This document shows positions 37,890-47,890 of a DNA stretch of 64,000 nt, in pieces. Position numbers and translations under genes: made by a program. The notes under the pieces are model-generated. The model was given only the letters and a program-made list of their open reading frames with translations. It ran no database searches and was not told the DNA's origin. The DNA is from Pseudomonadota bacterium (lineage in GTDB: Bacteria; Pseudomonadota; Alphaproteobacteria; Rhizobiales; Xanthobacteraceae), in the NCBI GenBank assembly GCA_040390145.1, contig JAZJYY010000061.1, positions 2,732 through 66,731 of the forward strand. The letters are read 5' to 3'. How positions within the stretch are numbered: position 1 is the stretch's first letter; every line of letters begins with the position of its first letter.

Positions 37890-39404
37890 GTGAATCGTCG
37901 GGATTTTCTTCAAGTTTCAGTAGCGTTGCCGCTGGTGGCGTCGTCCGCGCGGGGGCTCTTCACACCTGCAAGCGCTCAAGCCGCACCGTTCGAGCGGTCC
38001 AGCGTGCGGCAGATGGCACGCGATGCCGCCGGCAAGCCGTTCAAGGCGCCGGACAACAAGCTGCCGGACAATCTGAAGGACCTCGACTATGACCGCTACC
38101 GCGCCATCCGGTTCCTGCCGGATCGCGCGCTCTGGCGCGGCGAAAGACTGCCGTTCGAAGTGCAGTTCTTTCATCGCGGGTTCTTCTATACGAACCGGGT
38201 GGATATCTATGAAGTCGCCAACGGCCAGGCGACCAAGGTGATCTATCAGCCCGAACAGTTCTCGTTCGGCGATACGGCGCCGCCGAAGCCGGGCGTCGAT
38301 CTCGGCTTCGGTGGCTTTCGTCTGCACGCCCCGATCAACAGGCCGGATTACTACGACGAAATCTGCGTCTTTCTCGGCGCGAGCTACTTCCGCGCCGTCG
38401 CAAAGGGGGAGCAGTATGGCCTCTCCGCACGCGGGCTTTCGATCAACACCGGCCAGCCCAAGGGCGAGGAGTTTCCTCAATTCAGGGCGTTCTGGATCGA
38501 AAAGCCGGCGGCAAACGCCACTTCCATCGTCGTGCACGCCTTGCTGGACAGCGAGAGTGCGGCCGCGGCTTACCGCTTCACGATACGGCCGGGCGAGACC
38601 ACCCTGTTCGATGTCGAGATGGCGATCTATCCGAGAGTGCCTCTCGAGCATGTCGGGCTGGCGCCGATGACGAGCATGTTCTTCTTTGGGCCCAACGACC
38701 GAATCGATGTCGATGATTTCCGTCCGTCGGTGCACGACTCCGACGGCCTCGCCGTCTTCAACGGCAGAGGCGAGGAACTGTGGCGCCCGCTGCAAAATCC
38801 GCGCGACCTGCAGATCAGCACGTTTTCCGATTTGAACCCTCGCGGATTCGGCCTGATGCAGCGGCAGAAGGATTTTGCCGCATATCAGGACATCGAATCC
38901 GGGTTCGAGCGGCGGCCGAGCCTGTGGGCCGAACCGATCGGCGACTGGGGCGAAGGCTCGGTGCAACTGGTGGAAATTCCGACCAAGGAAGAAGTCCACG
39001 ACAACATTGCCGCCTTCTGGCTTCCGAAGACGCCGCTGGCCGCCAAGGGCGAGCATACCTACACCTATCGGCTGCATTGGGGACCGGACAATCCCAAGTC
39101 CACCTCGCTGGCACGTTTCTCGCGCACCGGCGTCGGCACGCGCGGCGAAGGCACCAAGCTGTTCGTGCTCGATCTGGTCGGCGAAAAGCTGAAACTCGTG
39201 GACCCGAAGAAGATCCGCGGCGTCGTCACCGCTGAAAACACCAAGGTTTCGAACATCGTCACCCAGCCGATCCCGGCCACGGGAGGCTGGCGGCTGAGTT
39301 TCGAGCTTTCGGTCAAGGATAAGGTGCCCGTCGAACTCCGGGCATCGCTGATGCAGGACAATGACGCGATCTCCGAGGTCTGGGTTTATCGATGGACACC
39401 CTGA
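37890..39404 (+). CDS. opgG: Periplasmic glucan biosynthesis protein, OpgG/OpgD family
   Basis: Tat signal NRRDFL; FLGASYFRA; YGLSARGL; RPSVHDSDGL. Confidence 0.9.
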   Translation: MNRRDFLQVSVALPLVASSARGLFTPASAQAAPFERSSVRQMARDAAGKPFKAPDNKLPDNLKDLDYDRYRAIRFLPDRALWRGERLPFEVQFFHRGFFYTNRVDIYEVANGQATKVIYQPEQFSFGDTAPPKPGVDLGFGGFRLHAPINRPDYYDEICVFLGASYFRAVAKGEQYGLSARGLSINTGQPKGEEFPQFRAFWIEKPAANATSIVVHALLDSESAAAAYRFTIRPGETTLFDVEMAIYPRVPLEHVGLAPMTSMFFFGPNDRIDVDDFRPSVHDSDGLAVFNGRGEELWRPLQNPRDLQISTFSDLNPRGFGLMQRQKDFAAYQDIESGFERRPSLWAEPIGDWGEGSVQLVEIPTKEEVHDNIAAFWLPKTPLAAKGEHTYTYRLHWGPDNPKSTSLARFSRTGVGTRGEGTKLFVLDLVGEKLKLVDPKKIRGVVTAENTKVSNIVTQPIPATGGWRLSFELSVKDKVPVELRASLMQDNDAISEVWVYRWTP

Positions 39405-41575
39405 CGTCTCCTGACCTGGAGCTATTCCGCGGCAGCGGCCAGCGGGTCGCGTTCCTGCCATCGGAAGCCCCGCTCGAAATGTCAACGCAGGCGTTGCGGG
39501 ATTTCGAGAGAGGCAGGGGTGCGGCCGATTTCGGATTGAAGTCCATCACACTGCGGCGCGCCTATATCTTCATCGGCACCGCGGCGCTGACGCTCGGCGG
39601 CTGTTACGAAATGTACCAGGTGTTGCAGGTTGGCGGCATCACCACGCTGGAAGCAATGGTGCTGGTTCTGTTCGTCCTGCTGTTCGCGTGGATCGCATTC
39701 TCGTTCATGTCCACGCTGGCGGGCTTTTTCGTATTGCTGCTGCGAAAGCAGGATCCGCTGGGGATCGATCCCGACGCGCCGCTGCCGGAGGTCCGAAGCC
39801 GCAATGCGATGCTGCTGCCGACCTATAACGAGGACCCCTATCGGGTGATGGCGCGGCTACGGGCGATCCACGAGTCGGTCGGGGAAACCGGATACGCCTC
39901 GCAGTTCGACTGGTATGTGCTGAGCGACACCACCGACCCTTCGGTCTGGATTGCGGAAGAGAAATGCTTCCTGCAGCTTCGCGAAACCGGCGCCGACAGG
40001 CTGTTCTACCGTCATCGCCCGCAGAACACGGCGCGAAAATCCGGCAATATCGAGGACTGGATCAAGCGGTTCGGCGGCGGCTACGATCACATGATCATCC
40101 TCGATGCCGACAGCCTGATGTCCGGCGACACCATCGTGCGGCTCGCCGCCGCCATGGAACGGCATCCCGACGTCGCGCTGATCCAGACGCTGCCGATCGT
40201 GGTCAATGCGACGACCCTGTTTGCGCGGTTGCAGCAGTTTGCCGGCAGACTTTACGGCCCCCTGATCGCCGCCGGCATCGCCTGGTGGCATGGATCCGAG
40301 GGCAATTACTGGGGACATAACGCCATCATCCGGGTGCGTGCCTTCGCACTGGATGCCGGCCTTCCCGAATTGCGCGGCCGCAAGCCGTTCGGCGGGCACA
40401 TTCTCAGCCACGATTTCATCGAAGCGGCCCTGATGCGGCGCGCCGGCTGGGCCATTCACATGGCGCCGGCGCTCGGCGGCAGTTTCGAGGAGTGCCCGCC
40501 TTCGCTGCTGGATTTCGCCGCGCGCGACCGGCGATGGTGCCAGGGCAACCTGCAGCACCTGGCGGTTCTCCCCGCCCGCGGCCTGCACTGGGTATCGCGG
40601 CTTCATCTGCTCACCGGCATCGGATCGTATCTGACCGCCCCGCTCTGGCTGAGCTTTCTGGCTCTGGGAATCCTGATTTCGCTGCAGGCGCAATTCGTCC
40701 GGCCGGAATATTTCCCGAAGGGATTTTCGCTGTTTCCGCAATGGCCGGCGCAGGATCCCGTACTCGCCGCCTGGGTCTTCCTCGGTACGATGGGTTTGCT
40801 GATCATGCCCAAGCTCCTGGCCTTCCTGCTGCTGCTGACGCAGCGCGAGACCCGAAAGCGCTTTGGCGGAGGTTTTGCAGCGCTGGCCGGCATCCTCATC
40901 GAAACCGTTCTGTCCAGCCTGATCGCACCCGTGATGATGATCTTTCAATCCACCGCCGTCGGCGAGATCCTGCTGGGGCGCGACGCCGGCTGGCAGGTCC
41001 AGCGCCGCGACGACGGCGCCGTCCCGCGCAGCGAGACGTTCCGCAAATACGCGCTGCCAACGCTGGTCGGGATCATGATGGCGATCGCCGCCTATGCGGT
41101 GTCGTTGCCGCTGTTGTTGTGGATGACACCCGTCATCGTCGGCCTTCTGCTGGCCATTCCGATCGCGCTGCTGTCGTCGATTTCTTCCGGCAGAGCCGGT
41201 CGCCCTCCCCGGCTGTTTGCCACCCCCGAGCAGACGGCGCCGCCGCAGGTTCTGGTCCGCGCCAATCAGCTGGCGGCGGTCGGGCATGAGGCGATCAACT
41301 GCCCGATCCTTGAGTTGCGCAACGATGCCGGCTTGTTCAAGGCGCATCTGGACAATCTGCCGGTTCACGGCAAGCGCGTCCGCGGACAGGTCGACCGGCA
41401 TCTCGCGATCGCCCGGGCGAAGATCGAGGATGCCGAAACCCTGCAGGAAGCGTTGCGGTTTCTCGATCCGCGCGAGACGTTCGCGACCCTCGGCTCTCCA
41501 GCGCTGTTGCGGGCCGTGCTGAATTTGCCGACCAGTGGCAAGGAGACCGACCCGCATCCGAAGCCGGCATCCTGA
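39392..41575 (+). CDS. opgH: Glucan biosynthesis glucosyltransferase H
   Basis: RKSGNI, LDADS, YWGHNAIIR, LSHDF.EAA, RDRRWCQGNLQH. Confidence 0.95.
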   Translation: MDTLTSPDLELFRGSGQRVAFLPSEAPLEMSTQALRDFERGRGAADFGLKSITLRRAYIFIGTAALTLGGCYEMYQVLQVGGITTLEAMVLVLFVLLFAWIAFSFMSTLAGFFVLLLRKQDPLGIDPDAPLPEVRSRNAMLLPTYNEDPYRVMARLRAIHESVGETGYASQFDWYVLSDTTDPSVWIAEEKCFLQLRETGADRLFYRHRPQNTARKSGNIEDWIKRFGGGYDHMIILDADSLMSGDTIVRLAAAMERHPDVALIQTLPIVVNATTLFARLQQFAGRLYGPLIAAGIAWWHGSEGNYWGHNAIIRVRAFALDAGLPELRGRKPFGGHILSHDFIEAALMRRAGWAIHMAPALGGSFEECPPSLLDFAARDRRWCQGNLQHLAVLPARGLHWVSRLHLLTGIGSYLTAPLWLSFLALGILISLQAQFVRPEYFPKGFSLFPQWPAQDPVLAAWVFLGTMGLLIMPKLLAFLLLLTQRETRKRFGGGFAALAGILIETVLSSLIAPVMMIFQSTAVGEILLGRDAGWQVQRRDDGAVPRSETFRKYALPTLVGIMMAIAAYAVSLPLLLWMTPVIVGLLLAIPIALLSSISSGRAGRPPRLFATPEQTAPPQVLVRANQLAAVGHEAINCPILELRNDAGLFKAHLDNLPVHGKRVRGQVDRHLAIARAKIEDAETLQEALRFLDPRETFATLGSPALLRAVLNLPTSGKETDPHPKPAS

Positions 41576-41648
41576 AATCCAGCGGCGGGACGGTGACCGC
41601 CGGCACTGATCTTGCGCTTGACCGGCAACGAGTGCCGGCTCTATCAAG

Positions 41649-42698
41649 TTGACCAAGGAGCGCGCCTTGGTCCCTTCATCACCTGTTATCGTCAGCGGCG
41701 CGCCCGGCTCGCCCTATACCCGCAAGATGCTGGGAGTCCTCAGGTACCGCAGGATCCCGTACAGCTTCGTGCATTTGAGCGCTGCGCAGAGCCGGGGACT
41801 GCCCCAGCCAAAAGTCTCGCTGTTGCCCACTTTCTATCTGCCTGGACCGACAGGGAAGCTCGAACCGGTTACGGATTCCAGCCCGATCATCCGGCGGCTG
41901 GAGCGCGAGTACAGCGGGCGCAGCGTCATTCCTCCCGATCCGGTGGCGGCGTTCATCGATTTTCTGCTGGAAGACTATGGCGACGAGTGGCTGACCAAGG
42001 CGATGTTTCACTATCGCTGGGCCTACCCCGCTGACATCAAGCAGGCCGCGGAAATCCTGCCGCATTGGCGTGGAATCTCGCGCTCCGATGCCGAGGTTGC
42101 CCAGCTGAGCCGTGCCTTCGCCGAGCGTCAGATCGGCCGCCTCCATGTCGTCGGCTCCAACGAGACGACCGCACCGGTCATCGAGGCGAGCTACCATCGC
42201 TTGCTCGAACTGCTCAACGCTCACCTGCGCGAATTCCCGTTCCTGATGGGCGCCCGGCCGGGTGCCAGCGATTTTGCGATATTCGGCCAGCTCACCCAGC
42301 TTGCACAGTTCGATCCTACACCGATGCAGGTCACGCTGCGGATCGCGCCGCGCGTCTATGCCTGGGTCAGCCTGATGGAGGATCTTTCGGGAATGGAGCC
42401 TGCCGCGCTCGATTGGCTGGACGCCGCTTCCCTCCCGGCAACCCTGCGCGATCTCCTGAACGAAGTCGGGCGCGGCTATGTGCCGGTCATGCTGGCGAAC
42501 GCGCGGGCGATCCAGCATGGCGCGGCACAGGTCGAAACCGTCGTCGACGGCAAGGTGTGGGTTCAACCGCCGTTTGCCTACCAGGCCAAATGCCTGAAGT
42601 GGATACGCGATGCCTATCGGGATCTTGGTGAAGCCGAGCGGCGCTCGGTCGATGCGATCCTGGCCCCGACCGGCTGCATGGCATTGTTCGCGGCTTGA
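41649..42698 (+). CDS. Glutathione S-transferase-like protein
   Basis: SPYTRK, LLPTF, TDSSPII, EDYGDEW, PGASDFA. Confidence 0.8.
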   Translation: MTKERALVPSSPVIVSGAPGSPYTRKMLGVLRYRRIPYSFVHLSAAQSRGLPQPKVSLLPTFYLPGPTGKLEPVTDSSPIIRRLEREYSGRSVIPPDPVAAFIDFLLEDYGDEWLTKAMFHYRWAYPADIKQAAEILPHWRGISRSDAEVAQLSRAFAERQIGRLHVVGSNETTAPVIEASYHRLLELLNAHLREFPFLMGARPGASDFAIFGQLTQLAQFDPTPMQVTLRIAPRVYAWVSLMEDLSGMEPAALDWLDAASLPATLRDLLNEVGRGYVPVMLANARAIQHGAAQVETVVDGKVWVQPPFAYQAKCLKWIRDAYRDLGEAERRSVDAILAPTGCMALFAA

Positions 42699-42715
42699 GG
42701 TATGGAGTGTCCGCC

Positions 42716-43201
42716 ATGGCCAACATCGAATCGCGTCTCAAAGCTCTGGGTTTGATCCTGCCGCCGGCCTTCGCGCCGCCGCCCGGCGTGGTTCTGCCGT
42801 TCGTCCATGTCCGCGTGATCGGAAAACGCGCCGTGATATCAGGGCACGGACCGCAGAGCCCGGAAGGACCGCTGGCCAAGCCGCTTGGAAAGGTCGGCGC
42901 CGAGGTGAGTCTCGAGCAGGGCTATGCCGCCGCAAGGCTTACGGCGCTGTCGATGCTGGGCTCGCTCAAACGCGCGCTCGGCGAGCTCGATCGCGTTTCG
43001 CGTTGGGTGCGGGTTTTCGGCATGGTCAACTCGGCGCCCGGATTCGTCCAGCAACCCGCCGTCATCAACGGCTTCTCCGAGCTCATCCTCGAACTCTGGG
43101 GAGCCGAGGCCGGTGCCCATGCCCGCAGCGCGGTGGGCATGGCCGAATTGCCGTTCGGGATGCCGGTGGAAATCGAGGGCGAGGTCCAGATCGCGGATTA
43201 G
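42716..43201 (+). CDS. RidA/YjgF-like family protein
   Basis: ISGHGP, INGFSEL, HARSAVG, PVEIE. Confidence 0.85.
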   Translation: MANIESRLKALGLILPPAFAPPPGVVLPFVHVRVIGKRAVISGHGPQSPEGPLAKPLGKVGAEVSLEQGYAAARLTALSMLGSLKRALGELDRVSRWVRVFGMVNSAPGFVQQPAVINGFSELILELWGAEAGAHARSAVGMAELPFGMPVEIEGEVQIAD

Positions 43202-43278
43202 CCGCAAATTCATATGATTGTCGGGCATACCGTCATAGGATCGGCGAACGCACTCCCCTCCGGCTTTGAAGCAACCGC

Positions 43279-43683
43279 ATGCAACCTGTTTCCATCGTTC
43301 TGAACATCTTCTGGATCCTGCTCGGCGGCGCGTGGATGGCCGCCGGCTGGATCATCGCTGCGGTCGTCATGGCCATCACCATCATCGGACTGCCCTGGGC
43401 CAGGGCCGCGTTCAACATCGCGGTCTATACCCTGCTGCCGTTCGGCTCGCGGGCGGTGCGCCGCGACGAAGTCACAGGCCAGTCCGATATCGGCACCGGG
43501 GCGCTGGGCATGATCGGCAATTTGATCTGGCTGGTGCTGGCGGGCTGGTGGCTGGCGCTCGGGCATCTCGTCACCGCGGTCATTCTGGCGGTGACGATTA
43601 TCGGCATTCCCTTCGCGTGGGCGCACCTCAAGCTCGCCGGCATCGCGCTGTGGCCGATCGGCAGGGTGATCGTGCCGGCTTAG
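43279..43683 (+). CDS. yccF: YccF domain membrane protein
   Basis: Two repeats of N.(F/I)W..L.G.W...TIIG.P. Confidence 0.88.
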   Translation: MQPVSIVLNIFWILLGGAWMAAGWIIAAVVMAITIIGLPWARAAFNIAVYTLLPFGSRAVRRDEVTGQSDIGTGALGMIGNLIWLVLAGWWLALGHLVTAVILAVTIIGIPFAWAHLKLAGIALWPIGRVIVPA

Positions 43684-43720
43684 GGCAGATCGCCCGAAGC
43701 GACACCCTCGGCGTTACACC

Positions 43721-44005
43721 TCAGCGCCAGGCTTCGTGCGATTCAAGCGGCGGGTCGCGGACCCAGTGAGGCCTCAGCAGGACCTTCAACCCGGCTTCGA
43801 ACGGAAGAACATCGACCTGGCGCGAATCCTGGGCGATCCTGATCGCCCAGTTTCTGGGAATGGCTGGATGTTCCTGGAACAGTCTTTGAATGATGCCGGC
43901 GGCGAACAGCATGGCGTCGATATCGTCGGCCAACGCCGCCCCATCATGGCCATGGCCATCGATGGGCTTGATCGGATCGCAGACCTGAAACCTGTAAAAC
44001 GGCAT
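43721..44005 (-). CDS. Small hypothetical protein (DUF6894-like)
   Basis: MPFYRF...L.DD..A...A..II..L...W.I.I...R.V..LPF pattern. Confidence 0.5.
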   Translation of the reverse strand: MPFYRFQVCDPIKPIDGHGHDGAALADDIDAMLFAAGIIQRLFQEHPAIPRNWAIRIAQDSRQVDVLPFEAGLKVLLRPHWVRDPPLESHEAWR

Positions 44006-44039
44006 GTCGAATAAATTACCGGGTTTGCGCCATGACGAT

Positions 44040-44053
44040 TTGATATCGATCAA
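44040..44053. promoter_or_regulatory. FixK/FNR box
   Basis: Perfect TTGAT-ATCG-ATCAA, centred 41.5 bp upstream of ATG 44005. Confidence 0.7.
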
Positions 44054-44111
44054 ATCTTCCGTTTTCCGCCGTCCCCCAAGCGTCCCTAGCCCATCCGGCC
44101 GCTTTGCTTCC

Positions 44112-45191
44112 CTACGCCGCCAGCCGGCCGCGGTTGTTCTCGGCCAGGATCGGGCGGATCAGCCGGCCAAAACGTTCGGCTTCCTCGTCGTGCAGATAGC
44201 CCGACAGGCAGAACGAGTGGCAGCCCGCGTCGATGAATTGCTGCAACGTGTCGGCGCATTGCCTGGGATTGCCGACCACCGCGATGCCGGCGCCGGGCCG
44301 TACCCTGGTGATGCCGGTCCACAGATGCGGCATCAGCAGATCGCCGTGCTCGCGGGCCAGCTCCTGCACCCGCCGGTTGGCCTCCGACTTGTTGTAAAGC
44401 GTCTTCATCTCCTGCTTCTGCCGCTCGGTGGCATGGCGCACCAGCACGTCGGCGGCCTCCCACGCATCCGCTTCGTCTTCGCGGCAGATCACCTGCAGCC
44501 GCATGCCGAAGCCGATGGTTTTTTCCCGGCCATGCGCCCGCGCCATCTCCCTGATCTCGGCGATATTGGCGGCGATGCGTTCCGGCAGGTCGCCCCAGAA
44601 CAGATGCACGTCGGAATGTTTGGCGGACATTTCCCAGGCCGGCCGCGAACCGCCGCCGAGATAGAATTTCGGAAATGGCTGCTGCAGCGGGCGCGGCCTG
44701 ATATGCGCCCCGGACAGCGTGTGGAATTTGCCCTCGAAGTGCACCGGGCCGCGGGTGGTCCACAGCGCCTTCAGGATCGAAACCTCCTCCTCCATCAGAG
44801 CATAGCGCTCCTCCTTGGCGTAGCGCACGCCCTCGCCCTCGACTTCGCTTTCGTTCTGGCCGGCGATCAGATTGATGCAGATGCGCCCGCCCGACATCTG
44901 GTCGAAGGTCGAGATCATCTTGGCCAGCAGCACCGGGTTGATGTAGCCGGGCCGGGCCGCGATCAGCGGTTTTATCTTCGACGACCGCGCCGCCATGAAG
45001 GCGCCGGTGATCCAGGCTTCCCAGCACACCGAGCCGACCGGGATCAGCAGATATTCAAAACCCGCAGCCTCCGCGGCCTGCACCACGCGGTCGCACAATT
45101 CGGGCGAGCCCGGCACCTGGGCTTCCATCACGCCATAGGCCGTGGTGTCGCCGTGCGTGGGCAGATACCAGCCGAATTCGAGCGGACGCAT
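44112..45191 (-). CDS. LLM monooxygenase, alkanesulfonate monooxygenase (SsuD)-like
   Basis: WYLPTHGD, LLIPVG..C.EAW, AARPG, FDQMSGGR, LWTGI..VR.GAG.A.VG. Confidence 0.85.
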   Translation of the reverse strand: MRPLEFGWYLPTHGDTTAYGVMEAQVPGSPELCDRVVQAAEAAGFEYLLIPVGSVCWEAWITGAFMAARSSKIKPLIAARPGYINPVLLAKMISTFDQMSGGRICINLIAGQNESEVEGEGVRYAKEERYALMEEEVSILKALWTTRGPVHFEGKFHTLSGAHIRPRPLQQPFPKFYLGGGSRPAWEMSAKHSDVHLFWGDLPERIAANIAEIREMARAHGREKTIGFGMRLQVICREDEADAWEAADVLVRHATERQKQEMKTLYNKSEANRRVQELAREHGDLLMPHLWTGITRVRPGAGIAVVGNPRQCADTLQQFIDAGCHSFCLSGYLHDEEAERFGRLIRPILAENNRGRLAA

Positions 45192-45316
45192 GCAGTTTCT
45201 CCCTGAAGGCGGCTTCGCCGCGCTGTTTTCTCGAGGGGCAGTTTACAGCCTGCGTCCGGCGCGACAATCGGCTATCGCCCCGACGGCCCCGGGCCAATCG
45301 ACCGGTCCGAAATCCC

Positions 45317-46423
45317 TCAGGAAACGCTGACGGTCTCGCGGGGGTCAACCGGACGGACCGAACGTTCATCGACCAGATAATTGGTCAGCAGTGCGCCGGC
45401 CCACATGGCGGTGAGCGCCACCCAGGATGTCAGGGCAAAGATCGCCCCGCCCGTGACGCCGGCGCCGACGGCACAGCCGCCGGCCAGCATGCCGCCAAAC
45501 CCCATCAGCGCCGCGCCGAACAGATAGCGGCCCATGCTCGGCCCGTCCTGAAAGCCCTGGATCTTCCATTCGCCGGCCAGCAACGCGGCAAACAGCGAAC
45601 CGGCGAACACGCCGGGCACCAGGCCGATATCGAATCCCAGCTGCAGGGATGGAGAATTGATCAGCCCCATCAGCGTATCGGCCGACGGCCCGATGAAACT
45701 GATGCTCTTGACCTGAACGAGATTGAACGAGGATTGCGAAACGCGAAACGTGAACAGCCAGCCGGCCGCAACCGCAAGGCCGACACCGACGGCGCTGGCG
45801 CCGGCGACAACATCGACGCGGGCACGCCGCGCCAGCCACAGCGCGCCGCCGAGCCCGAGCATGCCGAGCAACAGGCCCGTCACTGCGCCGGCATCCACCA
45901 GTGCGAGCAGGCTGCGCGAGGGGCCGCCCTGCACGGTCCAGAGTTCAGACAGCGTTTCCCGAAGCGGCGCCAGCACCCCTCGCAGCGATGCCTGGCCGAC
46001 GATGGTGAGGACGAGCCCGGAAATCAGGGCCCGGAGATTCCCGGTCGCCGACAGAACCAGCAGCCGGCTGGCGCAGCCGCGCGCCAGGATCATGCCGGCG
46101 CCGAACATCAAGCCCCCGATCAGGCTGCCGGAAAGACTGCCGCGCGCGGCGAGCTGGCGGGCGCCGCCGACGTCCAGCCAGCCGAAGGCGATGAGGGCAT
46201 TGGTGGCGGCAACGGCAGCGGAAAACACCAGCAGCCAGATCGCGAATTTCGAGCTGAACCGTCCATGGGAGAATTCGATCACGGCGGATCGCAGGCAGAA
46301 TTTGCTCGCCTGCGCACAGGCGCCGAACAGCATTCCGATCAGCAATCCGCCTGCGGCAAGAACCACCGCATCGCCCGCCAGATCAATCAGCCATTGCAGA
46401 GACACGCCGTTCGCGCCTTTCAT
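45317..46423 (-). CDS. YeeE/YedE sulfur-compound transporter
   Basis: SKFCLR, LARGCASR, LAGGCAVG conserved Cys motifs; start may be GTG 46405. Confidence 0.88.
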   Translation of the reverse strand: MKGANGVSLQWLIDLAGDAVVLAAGGLLIGMLFGACAQASKFCLRSAVIEFSHGRFSSKFAIWLLVFSAAVAATNALIAFGWLDVGGARQLAARGSLSGSLIGGLMFGAGMILARGCASRLLVLSATGNLRALISGLVLTIVGQASLRGVLAPLRETLSELWTVQGGPSRSLLALVDAGAVTGLLLGMLGLGGALWLARRARVDVVAGASAVGVGLAVAAGWLFTFRVSQSSFNLVQVKSISFIGPSADTLMGLINSPSLQLGFDIGLVPGVFAGSLFAALLAGEWKIQGFQDGPSMGRYLFGAALMGFGGMLAGGCAVGAGVTGGAIFALTSWVALTAMWAGALLTNYLVDERSVRPVDPRETVSVS

Positions 46424-46549
46424 CGGCCGGTGACGATTCCGCCATGGGTAGAATGGCGAAAAGTCACCCGCCGGTGATTGATTTGGCGCAACAAGACGCC
46501 TTGTTGCTTCGGATCCCGGCTGGACCGTTACCCGCCCGCCGGGTCGACC

Positions 46550-47890
46550 TCAGGGGCAGATATAGCCGGTGCCGCTCGGATTCCTGAAGCAGCCGACCGA
46601 TTCCGGCAGCAGGTGTTTGGGCAGCCACAGCACCACTTCGGGGAAGAAGATGCAGAACGCGATGGCGGAAAAGAACACGAAATAGATCGGCAGCGACGCG
46701 AACATCGCCTTGCCGAAACGCACGCCGACGAATTTCGACGCCATCAGCAGCGCCAGCCCGTAAGGCGGCGTGATCAGCCCGAACGCCAGCGTAACGATGA
46801 TCACCACGCCCATATGCACGGGATTGATGTCCGTGGTCTGGGTGAGGTCGGTAATGATCGGCATGAAGATGATGATGGCAGGTATCGCGTCGATGAAATC
46901 GCCGACGATGACGAACAGCACGACCAGCAGCAGCATGATCATGAACGGGTCGCCGCCGGCGGCCGACGAGATCCAGCCCGACACCACCGCCGGACCGCGC
47001 AGATAGGCCAGCATCCAGCCGAACACCGAGGCGGCGCCGATGGTGATCAGCGGAATCGAATAGAGCAGTCCGGTCAGCGCCAGGTCCCTCGGCAGATGCC
47101 TGTAATGGCGGGGGTTGAGCAGCGGAATGGCGACGAAGACGATATAGGCCACGGCAATGATACCGGCCTCTGTCGGCGTGAACTGCCCGCCGAGAATGCC
47201 GCCCATGATGATCAGCGGGATCATCAGCGGGATGGCCGCCTCCTTGGTCGCGGTCGCGAACCTGCCGAACGTCGCCCGCTTGTGCTTCAATCCGACCGGC
47301 CCGAAGAAATGGCTGTAGATCATCAGCCCGATGCCCACGAACACGCCGGGCGCCACGCCGCCGAGGAACAGTCCGCCGATCGAGACATTGCCGGTCGCGC
47401 CGTACACCACGGCCATGATGCTGGGCGGAATGAGGTTGGCCATCGTCGAGGCCGAGGCGATCAGGGCGGCGGTGAAGGCGAGGTCATAGCCTTCGCGCTT
47501 CATCTCCGGCGCCAGCGTGCGCGACAGGATGGCCACGTCGGCAGCGGACGAGCCGGAAATGCCGGCGAAGAACATGCTGAAGATCGTCACCACCTGGGCG
47601 AGGCCGCCGCGGAAATGCCCGACCATGGTCTGCGACAGCGTGATCATGCGGGACGTGACGTTGGCCGAGGTCATGAGATCGCCGACCAGCAGGAAGAACG
47701 GCACCGCCAGCAGGGCTTCGGTGTCCATGCCGTTGAACAGCTGCGCCATCATCGAGGCGAGGCTGACCGGGGTGAACGACGTCACCACCAGCACCGACGC
47801 GATCAGCGCAAAGGCCACCGGCACGCCCATATAGCCGAGAAACAGGAACAGAAATCCCATCAGGAAGATGAGGCCGCCATTGGTGGTCAC
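46550..47890 (-). CDS. dctM: TRAP transporter large permease
   Basis: LLAVPFFLL.G, GISGSSAAD, IPPSI, TPTEA, ITPPYG. Confidence 0.92.
   Translation of the reverse strand: MTTNGGLIFLMGFLFLFLGYMGVPVAFALIASVLVVTSFTPVSLASMMAQLFNGMDTEALLAVPFFLLVGDLMTSANVTSRMITLSQTMVGHFRGGLAQVVTIFSMFFAGISGSSAADVAILSRTLAPEMKREGYDLAFTAALIASASTMANLIPPSIMAVVYGATGNVSIGGLFLGGVAPGVFVGIGLMIYSHFFGPVGLKHKRATFGRFATATKEAAIPLMIPLIIMGGILGGQFTPTEAGIIAVAYIVFVAIPLLNPRHYRHLPRDLALTGLLYSIPLITIGAASVFGWMLAYLRGPAVVSGWISSAAGGDPFMIMLLLVVLFVIVGDFIDAIPAIIIFMPIITDLTQTTDINPVHMGVVIIVTLAFGLITPPYGLALLMASKFVGVRFGKAMFASLPIYFVFFSAIAFCIFFPEVVLWLPKHLLPESVGCFRNPSGTGYICP

Noticed and set aside
1313-45191. Complete sulfoquinovose pathway from the YihU-like, glucosidase and LLM genes
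   Set aside because: The genes are far apart, the glucosidase is GH13 rather than GH31, and the LLM resembles SsuD rather than SmoC
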